A DNA stretch of 63,300 nt from a virus (lineage: Duplodnaviria; Caudoviricetes), in the IMG/VR virus record IMGVR_UViG_3300032280_000788, positions 1 through 63,300 of that record. One strand, given 5' to 3'. The notes under the pieces were generated by a model. It did not search any database and had not been told where the DNA came from. It was given only the letters and a program-made list of their open reading frames with translations. Every line of letters starts with the position of its first letter. Positions within the stretch are counted from its first letter, which is position 1. A program made the translations under genes and the position numbers. Shown here one piece after another: positions 38,234 through 49,100 of the stretch.

Positions 38234-38827
38234 TTACTCCGCGTTGTGGGCCTCATCAAGTAACTCTGCTTCTACCGTAACCTGCTCAGCCTTAGCGCCT
38301 TTTGTAAGTACGTTCAGGTTAATTGCTAGGCCGCCGCTGGCCGCGCCCTTTGCGTTCAGGCCCATGTTGGTCCGCAGAATTTCGTTAAGGGTGGCGAGGT
38401 CCCTCATGTTTTTAACGGCCGGGGGCATTGCTGCTGTGGTCTTAAGGATGTTAAGGCCTAGCGCCACTATAATGGCCTGATACCGGTCCGCGGTATCGCC
38501 CGGCCTTTGGAGCGCCGTTTCAATTGCGGCCATGACCTGCTCGGCGTTCATTAGCCTTTCGGTCGGCGTAAGCACTTCTTCAACGGTTGGGGGCGGCGCT
38601 GCTAATTGAGTCTCCGGTTCGGCTTGGCCCAAGGCCCCGCCGTGGGTTACCCCGTTTTGCTTTACCCATCTGCGAATTGTGGTGGCGTCCACCCCAATGG
38701 CTCTGGCTATGTCCGGCACCGCGTGCCCTTGTGCGTATAGGGTCAAGGCTTTCTGGCGTACAATAGGCGGCTGCACTCGTCCCTTGCTGGGGTTGCTGCT
38801 GAGCTGGGGCTCTTCTTTGGCTTTCAT
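38234..38827 (-). CDS. HTH protein, putative terminase small subunit
   Basis: ALTLYAQG..VPDIARAIGVDATTIRRW helix-turn-helix, helical core and INLNVL beta tail; near terL. Confidence 0.6.
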   Translation of the reverse strand: MKAKEEPQLSSNPSKGRVQPPIVRQKALTLYAQGHAVPDIARAIGVDATTIRRWVKQNGVTHGGALGQAEPETQLAAPPPTVEEVLTPTERLMNAEQVMAAIETALQRPGDTADRYQAIIVALGLNILKTTAAMPPAVKNMRDLATLNEILRTNMGLNAKGAASGGLAINLNVLTKGAKAEQVTVEAELLDEAHNAE

Positions 38828-38836
38828 ATAATGTCT

Positions 38837-39061
38837 TTAAACGAGCGGATCGTATTCTTCAAACACATAGGCGTACGCGTAATCTTCTAGGTATGGGGGG
38901 ATATTAAGACGCGTAAGTAAACGATCAAATAGTACTTCTGCCCTATTTGGAAATTCAATAGCAAGTTCACGAAGCTCGTCGTATTCGCTTTGGTTCGCTA
39001 CAAGATGTTCAATAAATAGTGTTTCCACAACATTAATATTACAAACATAAATTACTTGCAT
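38837..39061 (-). CDS. Hypothetical protein
   Basis: Acidic ORF between the putative terS and terL; the start codon is uncertain. Confidence 0.4.
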   Translation of the reverse strand: MQVIYVCNINVVETLFIEHLVANQSEYDELRELAIEFPNRAEVLFDRLLTRLNIPPYLEDYAYAYVFEEYDPLV

Positions 39062-39092
39062 TTGCAAGAAATATTTGGTTTGTTCTTTGGTG

Positions 39093-40871
39093 ATGGCTAA
39101 GACCCACAAATACGACGCACTACTTTTGCCTGACGGAAGTTGGGACGTTGCTGGTATTGCGGCCCCCTCATGTAATGAACTTAGCGCGTTATTGTTTGCT
39201 TTTGCCGAGCACACAGTGCCCGCGGCTAGAGAACATATTTTCTGGTGTATTGCGGATATACTCTGGAACGGCCCTGAGCGGCCGCAGCCGTTGTTCGCGC
39301 GGCACCCGTGGGCCGAACAAATGATCCACGCAGCGAGCCGGGAAAAGTATTTGGCTATTGGTGGTGCCGCTTCTAGTGGTAAGTCTTATACAATGGCTGG
39401 CTGGGCTATTGTTAACTGGCTTGCCGCGCCAGACAGAACCTTGGTTCTTGTAACCAGTACCACTCTGCGAGAAGCGCGCAAGCGGATCTGGGGCGCGGTT
39501 ATTACTTTGCTGACCGCGGTTCCGGGACTGCCAATCAAGATTCGGGATTCAATTGGAAGCGCCAACTATATTGACGCTAACGGTGTTATTTATGACCGCG
39601 CAGGGCTAAGCCTTATTGCCGCCGAAAAGAGCAGAACACGCGAAGCGACCGGCAAACTAATCGGTATTAAACAAGAGCGTGTTATGCTGGTAGCGGACGA
39701 GCTTAGCGAGCTTAGCCATAGTATTATCCAGACCAGCTTAAGTAACCTTAGCAGCAACCCCAATCTTAGGGTTGTCGCTATGAGCAACCCGTGCAGTCGT
39801 TTCGATGCGTTCGGAGATTGGTCGGAGCCCAGCAAAGGCTGGGACTCTGTGGTATCTGAAATCGAGTACAGCTGGAGAACAAAATACAATGGGCTGTACC
39901 TACGGTTCGACGCCGAGCAAAGCCCTAACATTCTTGCTGGTGAAGATATCTATCCTTGGCTACCAACCCAGCAGCGCATGGATGAGGCCAAGGCAAACTT
40001 GGGCGAAAACAGCCGCGGTTTCATGCGCATGTACCGCGCTATATTCTTCGATAGCGATGAGGCCGAGGGCGTTTACGGGGAGAGCGAGCTAACGCGCGGC
40101 GGAGCCCTGCAGAGAACCACCTTGCGTGACTCTATTAAACTTGCGGCGCTGGACCCCGCGTTTACCAACGGCGGTGACCGAACCATGCTCCGGTTCGGTG
40201 AGCTGGGCTACGATGAGCGAGGCCAGTATGTTCTTCAGTTCACGGACTCCATGCTGCTCTTCGAGGACGAAACAAATAAATCAATTCCGCGGACGCACCA
40301 GATTGTTAAGCAGCTCAAAAGTGTTTGCCAGCAGCGAAACATTTTACCAGAAAATGTGGCTATTGATGCTACCGGCGCGGGCGCTCCGTTTTGCGACGTG
40401 GTGGCCAGCGAGTGGAGCCCTGAGATTCTAAGGGTGGTATTTGCGGGCAAGGCCACAGACCGCCGGGTCAGCATGAGCAACGCCACCAGCTGCTATGACC
40501 TGTACGCAAACCGCGTTACCGAGATCTGGTTTGCGGGCAAGGAACTAGTTCGTTGTGGCCAGCTTAAGGGGGTGGACGCTGAGCTCGCCAAGGAAATGAC
40601 CGCGAGGCAGTACGAGACAATTAAGGGCGGCGAAGGTTTAAGAATGCGGATAGAGGGCAAACCGGATTTCCGTAAGCGGACCGGATATTCTCCTGACAAC
40701 GCGGACGCCGCATTTTTGCTTGTTGATCTGGCGCGCAACAGGCACGGCCTTATTGCGCTGGAGTTAGCCTTAAACCCGCAAGATGGGCAGCCAGTTCAGC
40801 GGCAGATAAACTTTAAGGACTTGCAGGTTGAAGCGCGCACCGCGCACAGTATGCTCTTAGAGTTTACCTAG
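39093..40871 (+). CDS. terL: Terminase large subunit
   Basis: Walker A GAASSGKS, Walker B LVADE, SNP coupling motif; nuclease ALDPA...GGD, IDATG, SPDNADA. Confidence 0.9.
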   Translation: MAKTHKYDALLLPDGSWDVAGIAAPSCNELSALLFAFAEHTVPAAREHIFWCIADILWNGPERPQPLFARHPWAEQMIHAASREKYLAIGGAASSGKSYTMAGWAIVNWLAAPDRTLVLVTSTTLREARKRIWGAVITLLTAVPGLPIKIRDSIGSANYIDANGVIYDRAGLSLIAAEKSRTREATGKLIGIKQERVMLVADELSELSHSIIQTSLSNLSSNPNLRVVAMSNPCSRFDAFGDWSEPSKGWDSVVSEIEYSWRTKYNGLYLRFDAEQSPNILAGEDIYPWLPTQQRMDEAKANLGENSRGFMRMYRAIFFDSDEAEGVYGESELTRGGALQRTTLRDSIKLAALDPAFTNGGDRTMLRFGELGYDERGQYVLQFTDSMLLFEDETNKSIPRTHQIVKQLKSVCQQRNILPENVAIDATGAGAPFCDVVASEWSPEILRVVFAGKATDRRVSMSNATSCYDLYANRVTEIWFAGKELVRCGQLKGVDAELAKEMTARQYETIKGGEGLRMRIEGKPDFRKRTGYSPDNADAAFLLVDLARNRHGLIALELALNPQDGQPVQRQINFKDLQVEARTAHSMLLEFT

Positions 40872-40883
40872 TTTATTTTTTTC

Positions 40884-40912
40884 TTGCCTATTTTTAAATA
40901 GTCTAGTACATT
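40884..40912 (+). promoter_or_regulatory. Sigma70-like promoter
   Basis: TTGCCT-N17-TACATT, 7 nt before ATG 40920. Confidence 0.5.
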
Positions 40913-40919
40913 TCGCATT

Positions 40920-41375
40920 ATGTCTTTATTCAGATCAGCCCGGCCAATTGCCCCCGAAAGCGCAAGACTGTTTCGAGAAGCTAGGAGCGCAAAGCGTAAG
41001 GGGTTTGATAAAGTAGCCGAAGAATTGGCCGCGCAAGGCTTTGCGCAAAAAAGCACGGAACCTTCTATTTGGAAAAGCGGCGAACGGCAAGAAATGGCGG
41101 ACCTTAAGCAATCGCTCGCGAATACGGAAATCCAAAAGGCCCAAGAAAACGATAAGCAGCAACTTGCTGGCCGAATAATGTTTGCTGACGAGCTTAAAAA
41201 GAAAGCCGCCCAAGGCGACCAAGATACTTGGGACTACGCAAAACAGGAGAGCTCTAAATACGGAGTTACACCAAGCGCTCTGTCTAGTTTCTTTCAGCGC
41301 AATAAAATGGCGTATAACCCCTCAAAAGCTATTGATCTGCAGGGCGGACGGACAGAAATCAAAAAACAATCTTAA
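40920..41375 (+). CDS. Hypothetical (putative internal virion) protein
   Basis: Helical, Cys-free, upstream of the giant protein. Confidence 0.6.
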   Translation: MSLFRSARPIAPESARLFREARSAKRKGFDKVAEELAAQGFAQKSTEPSIWKSGERQEMADLKQSLANTEIQKAQENDKQQLAGRIMFADELKKKAAQGDQDTWDYAKQESSKYGVTPSALSSFFQRNKMAYNPSKAIDLQGGRTEIKKQS

Positions 41376-41378
41376 GTT

Positions 41379-42167
41379 ATGGCTAAAGAAACACCAGAGG
41401 AAAAAAGGAAGCGCGATGCCGCCGAGGCGGTTAGGAAACAAGTGTTGCCAACCCCCGCGGAAGTAAAAAGTAAACTGCCAAACGCAACTGTAGGCGAGCA
41501 AACAAGAGGAGCTGGCGGAGTGCGGCTTGACCAGCAAACAGCTCCTGCTGGTAAAGAACTAATCGGGATGCGTTCAGGGGTACCCATTTATGCTGACGCT
41601 AATGATGTTTATGGCAGCACCGCTCCAGCCAGTCCTGCAGCTGCTTCAATGGCCACGGCACCAACGGCTACCCCCGCGCAACAAGCCCCAGCCAGCCCCG
41701 TAGTTGCTCCAATGGCCGCAGCATCAACGGCTCCAGCCGCACCGAGCCCGAGCGTACAACAAATGCGGGACACGTACCAGACCGGCCCAACAGCTACGGC
41801 TACTCGCGCGCAACAAGCGCCAGCACAGCAGCCCACGACCGGGGCTACTGGCAGGTTCTTCAGTAAAGAATACGCGCAACAATTTAAAGCCGCGCAGGCA
41901 GCCGCAAACCAACGGGCCATTGATCGTATTGGCGCGCCGCGTCAAGATCTCGCCACCAGCACCACCAAAACAAGCAACGACGCGGCGTCCGCACTTAGAA
42001 ACGCAGCGGCGCAGCCAACTGTGGCTTCGGCCGAACAAGTTCGTGCGGCGGGGTTCGGACCAGAAAGAACCAAGCGGTTGTTGCTCGGGTTCGATCAAGG
42101 CAAAATCGTAGACGTTACTCCAGATTATCTTAAGCGTCTTACAGATAGAAGCATCAGGAACTACTAA
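41379..42167 (+). CDS. Ala/Pro-rich putative internal virion protein
   Basis: 262 aa, low complexity; TAATG-coupled to the next gene. Confidence 0.6.
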   Translation: MAKETPEEKRKRDAAEAVRKQVLPTPAEVKSKLPNATVGEQTRGAGGVRLDQQTAPAGKELIGMRSGVPIYADANDVYGSTAPASPAAASMATAPTATPAQQAPASPVVAPMAAASTAPAAPSPSVQQMRDTYQTGPTATATRAQQAPAQQPTTGATGRFFSKEYAQQFKAAQAAANQRAIDRIGAPRQDLATSTTKTSNDAASALRNAAAQPTVASAEQVRAAGFGPERTKRLLLGFDQGKIVDVTPDYLKRLTDRSIRNY

Positions 42168-43141
42168 TGGCTGAAAAAGATATGCCTTCTTTTGCGGTGG
42201 ACGCGGACATTACTCCGTTACAGGGCCGTTACTTTCAGAACGTGCAGAGCCGCATTTCTGACCCCCGTTTGCGCGCCCAAGCGTACGGGCTTATTAAACA
42301 AACGTTTGGGGGTATCCAACAGGCGCGCGATATACAGCGGACCCGACAGCAGGAAGAAGAAGACCGCGCGCTGAACATGGACGTGCGCCGCGCCCAGCTT
42401 GAGCAAGGTAAACTCGAGCTTAGTCTGGCCCGCGAAAAGTTCAGGAGACAACAAGAGTTGGCGGCGACTGGGGCTAATGTTTATGCTGAACTTGATCGTT
42501 TTGCAAAAGATCCCAAACTTACACCAGACGAGAAGGCTAAGGGGATTTATGGTGTTGCGGCACGAAATCCTGATTTGTTTACAGACAACCCGGTCGTAAA
42601 AAATAGACTTGAATATTCATTGGGTGAGGCTGGCCTAGGTAAAGGCAAAGCGCCTACCGCAACGACCCGCGCAAATGAAGCCGTAAGACTAATTAGTAGC
42701 GGCGCAAGTGTGCAGGCTCTTATAGAGGCGGGCATTGACCCGAACAGTCAAATTGTTAAAGATTTGTTTAAGCAGAGGGAAGAAGAGAAAATTGCTAAGA
42801 TGGGAACTCTTGCGAAAGACGCTATTAAACCGTATGAAATGGCCATTGATGTGCTCAAAACTGGCGATAGTAAAATTGATTGGCCCGAAGTTGACGAAGG
42901 TTTGCGCGCCTTGGATGAGCTAAATCTAGTGGACGAGCAAACCAAAAAAGAACTAGAAGAAGTTGGAGTGGGTACATTTAACCCAGAAGCTTCAAAGTAT
43001 AAGGCTAAATCTTCCGAAGAAGCTGCTGCGGCTAGGAAAAAGACTTGGAGTATTATTCAAAAAACAGTTCGTAAGGCCGGTAAACCCGGCGCAGCCCCGC
43101 GGGCCCCGGCCCCTAGCGGGTTTGACCCGGGCGGAATTTAA
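42167..43141 (+). CDS. Putative internal virion (ejection) protein
   Basis: 324-aa helical/coiled-coil protein directly before the giant gene, as in podovirus ejectosome clusters. Confidence 0.55.
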   Translation: MAEKDMPSFAVDADITPLQGRYFQNVQSRISDPRLRAQAYGLIKQTFGGIQQARDIQRTRQQEEEDRALNMDVRRAQLEQGKLELSLAREKFRRQQELAATGANVYAELDRFAKDPKLTPDEKAKGIYGVAARNPDLFTDNPVVKNRLEYSLGEAGLGKGKAPTATTRANEAVRLISSGASVQALIEAGIDPNSQIVKDLFKQREEEKIAKMGTLAKDAIKPYEMAIDVLKTGDSKIDWPEVDEGLRALDELNLVDEQTKKELEEVGVGTFNPEASKYKAKSSEEAAAARKKTWSIIQKTVRKAGKPGAAPRAPAPSGFDPGGI

Positions 43142-43143
43142 GC

Positions 43144-43173
43144 TTGACGTTCTGGGCAAACGCGTAGTAATGT
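43144..43173 (+). promoter_or_regulatory. Sigma70-like promoter
   Basis: TTGACG-N18-TAATGT. Confidence 0.45.
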
Positions 43174-43186
43174 CTAAATCTACGCT

Positions 43187-46100
43187 ATGCCGCAGATTAC
43201 TAAAGACCCTCTGGGAAACGATGTCGAACTTTTGAACCTGACCGAGTGGTCAGATAAAAATCAAAAGGAACTTAACGAAGACACGCTTAACCAGTATGCT
43301 GGGTACGCAACCGGACAATTCTTAAGGACCGGACAGAAGCCAGAAGACTTTCAAGATAAACTTTATAGTCGTCTTTTTCAGAAGGGCCAGCAGGCCGGAG
43401 TCTTTCAACCGCAGGACGAAGCACAAACAACTCAGTTGTTTGAGAGCTTTGCCAACAAGCCATTAACAGACGACGCGGCCGACCTTGACTTGGTAAGCAA
43501 AAGCTTGCTGAACACAGAGCCTGAAAAAGCGGCTCGTGTTGCTGATGTTTACCAACGAGTTAAGTCCGGCCAACCAGATCCTAATCTGGAGCTAGACTTG
43601 GAAGACGTCAGAAAAAATATCGCTACACCAGACGTAATCCAACAAGCCCGTATTGGTTATGCCAAAGAGCGTGGGCTCGGCTTTATTGACTATCCAACTG
43701 GTGAGCCCGGCAAACGGGACGTTTGGATTAATACCCAAGCGACCCCAGACCGCAAGGCCGTATATGATACTTTGGATCTGGCACAGGGTATTGTTGACCC
43801 ACGTTCAGCAGCGCTGGCCGAGGAATGGATTAAAACAGATCCGGGCCGCAAGGTAAACCGAGCCGAGCAGCGTATTAATTCGGAAATCCAAAGCCTTCTG
43901 CAAGAGCGTTTAAGTCAGTCTGATCCAGACTCTGCGTTTCAGCAAAACATGGCAAGCGCTATTGAATACGCAACCCAGAGCACAGAAGAATTTGGTACTA
44001 GCGTTGGCGCAATTACAAAGGCTTCGACCGATAGGCTTGCGGAGACTAAACAAGTTATAGTGACTCCCGCGGCTCCAGTTTACGCAGTGAAAAGAGTAGC
44101 GAGTAATCGAGTAGCTGACGCGGCTATTCGTTCTGCGTACCGCAACCTTAAACAAACAGATCCGAATAACTCTCTTGTTACAGAATTTAGCGAAGATCAA
44201 TTTACTAATGCTGCGCAAGATTATGTCTTGCAGAGGATTAATACTCCGACCAACCAAGACGACCCGACAAAAAACTTTGTCACGCTTACGGACGGGACTC
44301 GCGCGCCGTTGGCTAGCGCGGCGACTTTGCCGAAGGAAAAGTTTAACCAAGCTATGGACGCGCTTGGTCTCGACAAACAAGAAAGAGCCGCTGCCTCAGT
44401 TATCCGTACTGGTTGGATTTCCGCAAATATTAAAGAAATTACGGATGCGCTATATGACTTTGAGTCTGACGAGTATGTTAATTTCTACGAGAAAAATAAA
44501 GACACCTATAAAAATGATGTTGAGCTGACAGAAGCATACTTGGACCAGATGAAACCGGACGCGCTGAAGACATTCACCGCAAAGACAAAAGGTGTTGGTC
44601 GGTCCATACCAATGGCGTGGGGTGACCTTTTGTTTGGTGCAGGTGCGGGAGCTTCTATTCTAGTTAACTCAGACGCGGGCGAAGAATTTTTCACTGGTTT
44701 GCTAACGCAGAACGCGGAGCAAGAGCAGCGTCGTGGTACATATACTAAACTTTACGGAAGCGAAATGGGGCTTGGCTACACCTTGGCTACCCAAGCTGCT
44801 CCGTTGCTAGCAGATATTGCTATTTCAAGAGGTGCCGCAACCTTAGTTAAGGGTGGAACTAAGGTCGCCGCAAGTGCAAACATTTTGGCTAGGTCTGCAC
44901 CAGTAATAGGTTCTACCGTCCGCAGCGCGGAAGATCTAATGTCTAAGACCGCAAAAACATTTATTGGTAATGCGATTAAACCAGAAACTAAAGGTTTTGT
45001 TAGTAATTATCTAAAAGGCTTCGCAGTTGGGGGCGCAGAAAAAAGTCCAGCGCAAATTCTGCGTGCGGTTCGCCGCGATATTGAAGAAAAGTTTGTAGCA
45101 GGTACCGCAAGAGCTACACAAATTGGAACTGGGTTTGCTCGAAGCGCGCAAGGGGCATACGTCAACACGTCAATGGGTATGCGTCAGGAAACAAATCCAG
45201 ACGGTACGCCAAAGTATACAGAAGAGCAGATTAAAGAAGCAGCTATAACAAATGCTCTGTACAGCGGCGGTATTACTGCTTTGGTAGAGTTTGGGTTTGG
45301 TAGAGTATTTGGTGAAGGTGCTGACGTCACAGCAATTGGAACTGCAAATCTTCGTCAAATTAAAAGCTATAGCAATCGCCTAACCAATGCGTTGGAACGC
45401 GGAGGTTTTGGTGGCCAAGAACTGTTTGATACCGTTAAACAGGTAAGCCAAGAAATCGTTAATAAAGGTTGGGGCGACGCGGTAAAACAAATCCCAGCGG
45501 AAGGATTAGAAGAATTTACTGAAGAGTTCACCCAGAACGTTGTTCAAAACCTTTTGAGCGACGAGCAGATTAATTTTAAGCAGGCGTTCACGCAAGGATT
45601 GCAGGCTGCTGTTGTTGGTGGTGTATATGGTGGTGCGTTTGGTACAACCAATAAGATTGGTCTGAGACAAGCAGACATTGCGCGTGACACATTTGCGGGT
45701 ACCGCGCAGGCTATTGAGCGAGACCTAATGGACCGCACGGTGGTCAAGCTGCAAGAGTCCGGCGGCAGCCCGCAAACAATCGCGGCGCTTCAGGACCGCA
45801 TGCGCGTGGCACAACGGCGCGGACAAGCGATCAGCGAAAATATTCCGGTGCGCGCGGCCAAGCGAGAAATTATCGACAGGCTTGACGCGACTAGCGAGGA
45901 GCCATTTGAAATTCCTACAGCCCCCGCTGAACCACCTGCTGCTAAAGCTCCGGTGACTATAACAAGAAAGGCTAAAAAGAAGGCCGAAGAGTTGGCAGTT
46001 AGCGAGGAAGAGCTTAGTTTGATTCAGCCAAGCGGTACCGATAAACAAGGAGCTCCACAAATTACACCGAACGATGTGCTTGCTTTTGTTAATCGGCGCA

Positions 46101-49100
46101 CCGAACAAATGGGTCTGGACCTTAATAGCCTCTTGCCGGGCCCGAATATAACTGCCCCCGAGGGCGGCTTCCAACTTGTCGGGGACGAACAAGCGGACAA
46201 CCCAGAAAACCGTACGTTCAATGATCTTAGCAATAGAGTTGTCGTAATCGACGGACTGCGCGGAAGGCTGCGCATTGAAGACGAAGGAGTTATTCTTGAC
46301 CCCGAGGACGGCTCGACACCTTTTGAGGTAACGCCTAACAAGGACCTTCCAGTCAAGGACTTTGAAGGCTTTAACACTTTGCTCCAAGAAGGGGCCGTGG
46401 TTAGCCCGCGTCGCCAAGCTCGTGAAGTATCCGAGGTTACTGATGGCGGTCAAATTGTTTATGGCGATACAACTTACGATCTGCCTGAGCAGCCGCTAAT
46501 TGCGAACGTTAAAAAAGACGACACCGGCGCTGTTGAGTCAATGCACATGCGTGTGTTTAATAGCAAAGGTTTGGCCACGTGGGTCTATGTTGCGGGTGAT
46601 AACGTACCAAAAGTGGAAACGGCCTACCGTACGCGCGGCCCAGAAGCTGTTACCAATCTTGCAAGCGCCGTAGAAAACGCGGGGCGCGAAAATACACGTC
46701 GTAATATTGCAGCGCAAACCGCTAAGACCAAGCAAAGCAAGCAACGCCGCAAAGACAAAAGAGCAAAGAACAACGCGCCTCTGGTAACAGACCGCGGGCA
46801 ACGTGCGGCTGAGTCTGCCCCGGACTATCGGGTTGCTAATATTAACAAGCCTAATGCCCCGCAACAACTCGTTGATGAGATCCGCGCAGTAGCTCTTCAG
46901 CTGGGGATTGACCCAGAAGTATTTACAGACGACGCGGAACTGTTTGCTATGGTCGCCCCAGACTTGGCGGCTGGTATGGACCTTGAAACGTTCACGCCGC
47001 AACAAAAGAAACAAGCGATTGATAATCTTCTCCGCAATGGAAACAACCCGGAAACACTTTTGGAGTATCTTGTTAGTGACGAGCTTTTGCCGCCGGTAAA
47101 GCGCGTGGAGCGGGACTCCAATCTTGCAGCGCTTCGTGCGCGCAACAGTAACCAAATTAGAAAGCACGGCATTAAACCCGGAGCAGACATTAAAACGGTT
47201 CTTGAAAGCGCGGCCCGTTCTGCTACCAGCAAGGTTCACAGACAAACGGCCAAAGAACTTCTTATGCTTGGCGCGGACAGTGTGCCTGTTTCGATCTCAT
47301 ATCTTCCGAATAACATGGGCATGGCCGGGGCGTACCTGCCGCAAAGCAACGCGGTAGTTATTAACTTGGCCAGCGATAACGGCGGCGGGGCACTAGACGC
47401 TTTGCTTCACGAGCTCGGGCACGCGGTTACTGACCGCGTTGTAACGGCCCCTAGAAACGATTTCGAGCAGCAGATTCGCGATAGGCTTATGTCCTTGCGC
47501 GCCGAGTACGCGGAACGCGCTAACGCAAAGTACGGCAACAATATGCCGCCCGACCTGCGGTATGCCTTGGAGGGCAGGCAGCGCGAATCTGAGCCCTTTA
47601 GCGAGCTAGAGGGTGCGCGCGAACTGGTCGCGCACTTCTATGGTTCGGCTAGGTTCCGGGAGCAACTAGTTGAGCTTAGCCCCAAGGGTGAGCGAAACTT
47701 TGTTCAGAAATTTATTGATCTTATTGCAAGCCTGTTTAGCGGGCAGCCGGTAGCCAGCAAGCAGTACAAAGAGCTGGCCGAACTTATTGCGGACCTTTCA
47801 AAGGCTAACCAAACAATTGGTGCCAACCCGTACGGCAGAACCGTTGGCCGTGTGGCCGCCAGCCGTGCGGGCGTTAACCACGAGAACAGGGTCGGCCCAC
47901 TGTTTGGCGTGCCAAACCCGCACTCGCGTGACGACCTTGAGTGGATTCTGCACCAAGTGCAAACGCTGCGGTATTCGGATCTTAGTAGCGAAGAGATTAA
48001 CGATATTATTGTTAACCAGAGGTTCGGTATGTTTACCGGGGAAAACCCCAACGACACACAGTTCCCTGAAAAAGAAAACAAAGAGTTCAACAAGAAGGCT
48101 ACCCAATGGCTGCAGGACCACGGGTACCAAGTAATTCCAATTGTTGGCAAGTATAACCGCGGCGAGAATAGCTTCCTTGTTCCCGGACTCACGGACCAAG
48201 ACGCGGTTGACGCGGCCAACGAGCTTGTGCAGGACTCCGTTGTAACCAACACAGGAATGTACTTTAAGGGTGGCATGTACCACCCACGCGTTGGCGAGTC
48301 TATTAACCAACCAATCGGGGCCGACGATGACTTCTTTAGCACGCTGCTTGACACCAACGGCGACGTAACAACAATCCGCGTTGACTATGACTTTGGCACG
48401 AGTCTGGATTCTGGAATCAAGTACAGCAAGGGCGACCAACAAGCCGCACCAGTTACAAAGATCGCAAGAAGCTTGGCCGCGCAAGGCGAGTTCCAAGTTG
48501 TCGAGGACCGAGAAATTAACAAGCCCATGCAGTTCGTTGACGGACGCCTTGCTGTTAACCCAGCTCTGGCCGAGGCCCGCTACGAAGCCTACGATGCCGA
48601 GGATACTTTGGACCTGCAAGAGCTCGACACTAGACTTGCTGTTGCTATTGGCTTGGCGAACGGATCAAACGGCCCGGACATTCAGCTTAGCTTTGAAGAG
48701 GTTGGGCTTAGCCCGGACTCAGTTATTGAGCAGGCCGCCTACAATACCCTGACCAACTCCGATCTGCAGGACTTGCTTAAGGTTAAAGAGCAGGCCAAAC
48801 AGTTCGTCGCGTCCGCGTACTACCACATTGCGCTGCGAAATAACGGCGATAACGAAAGGCTGGCCACCGCGCAAAACCGAGTGGCGGATCTTTACCGCTA
48901 CCTTCTGCGCGACGGCGCAGGGCTTCCAGACGCCCCAGAAAAATTCAACGCGCTGGATATCAGTCCGGTAACCATGCAGCTCGCAAGCCGCGCCGCTAGC
49001 CCGGCACCAATTATTCGCTACAGCCGAGCCGCTGTTAATATTGATCCAGTACAGGTTCGCGCGCAAACCAAGGCTGGCAAGGCTGTGGGCACGCGCAACC

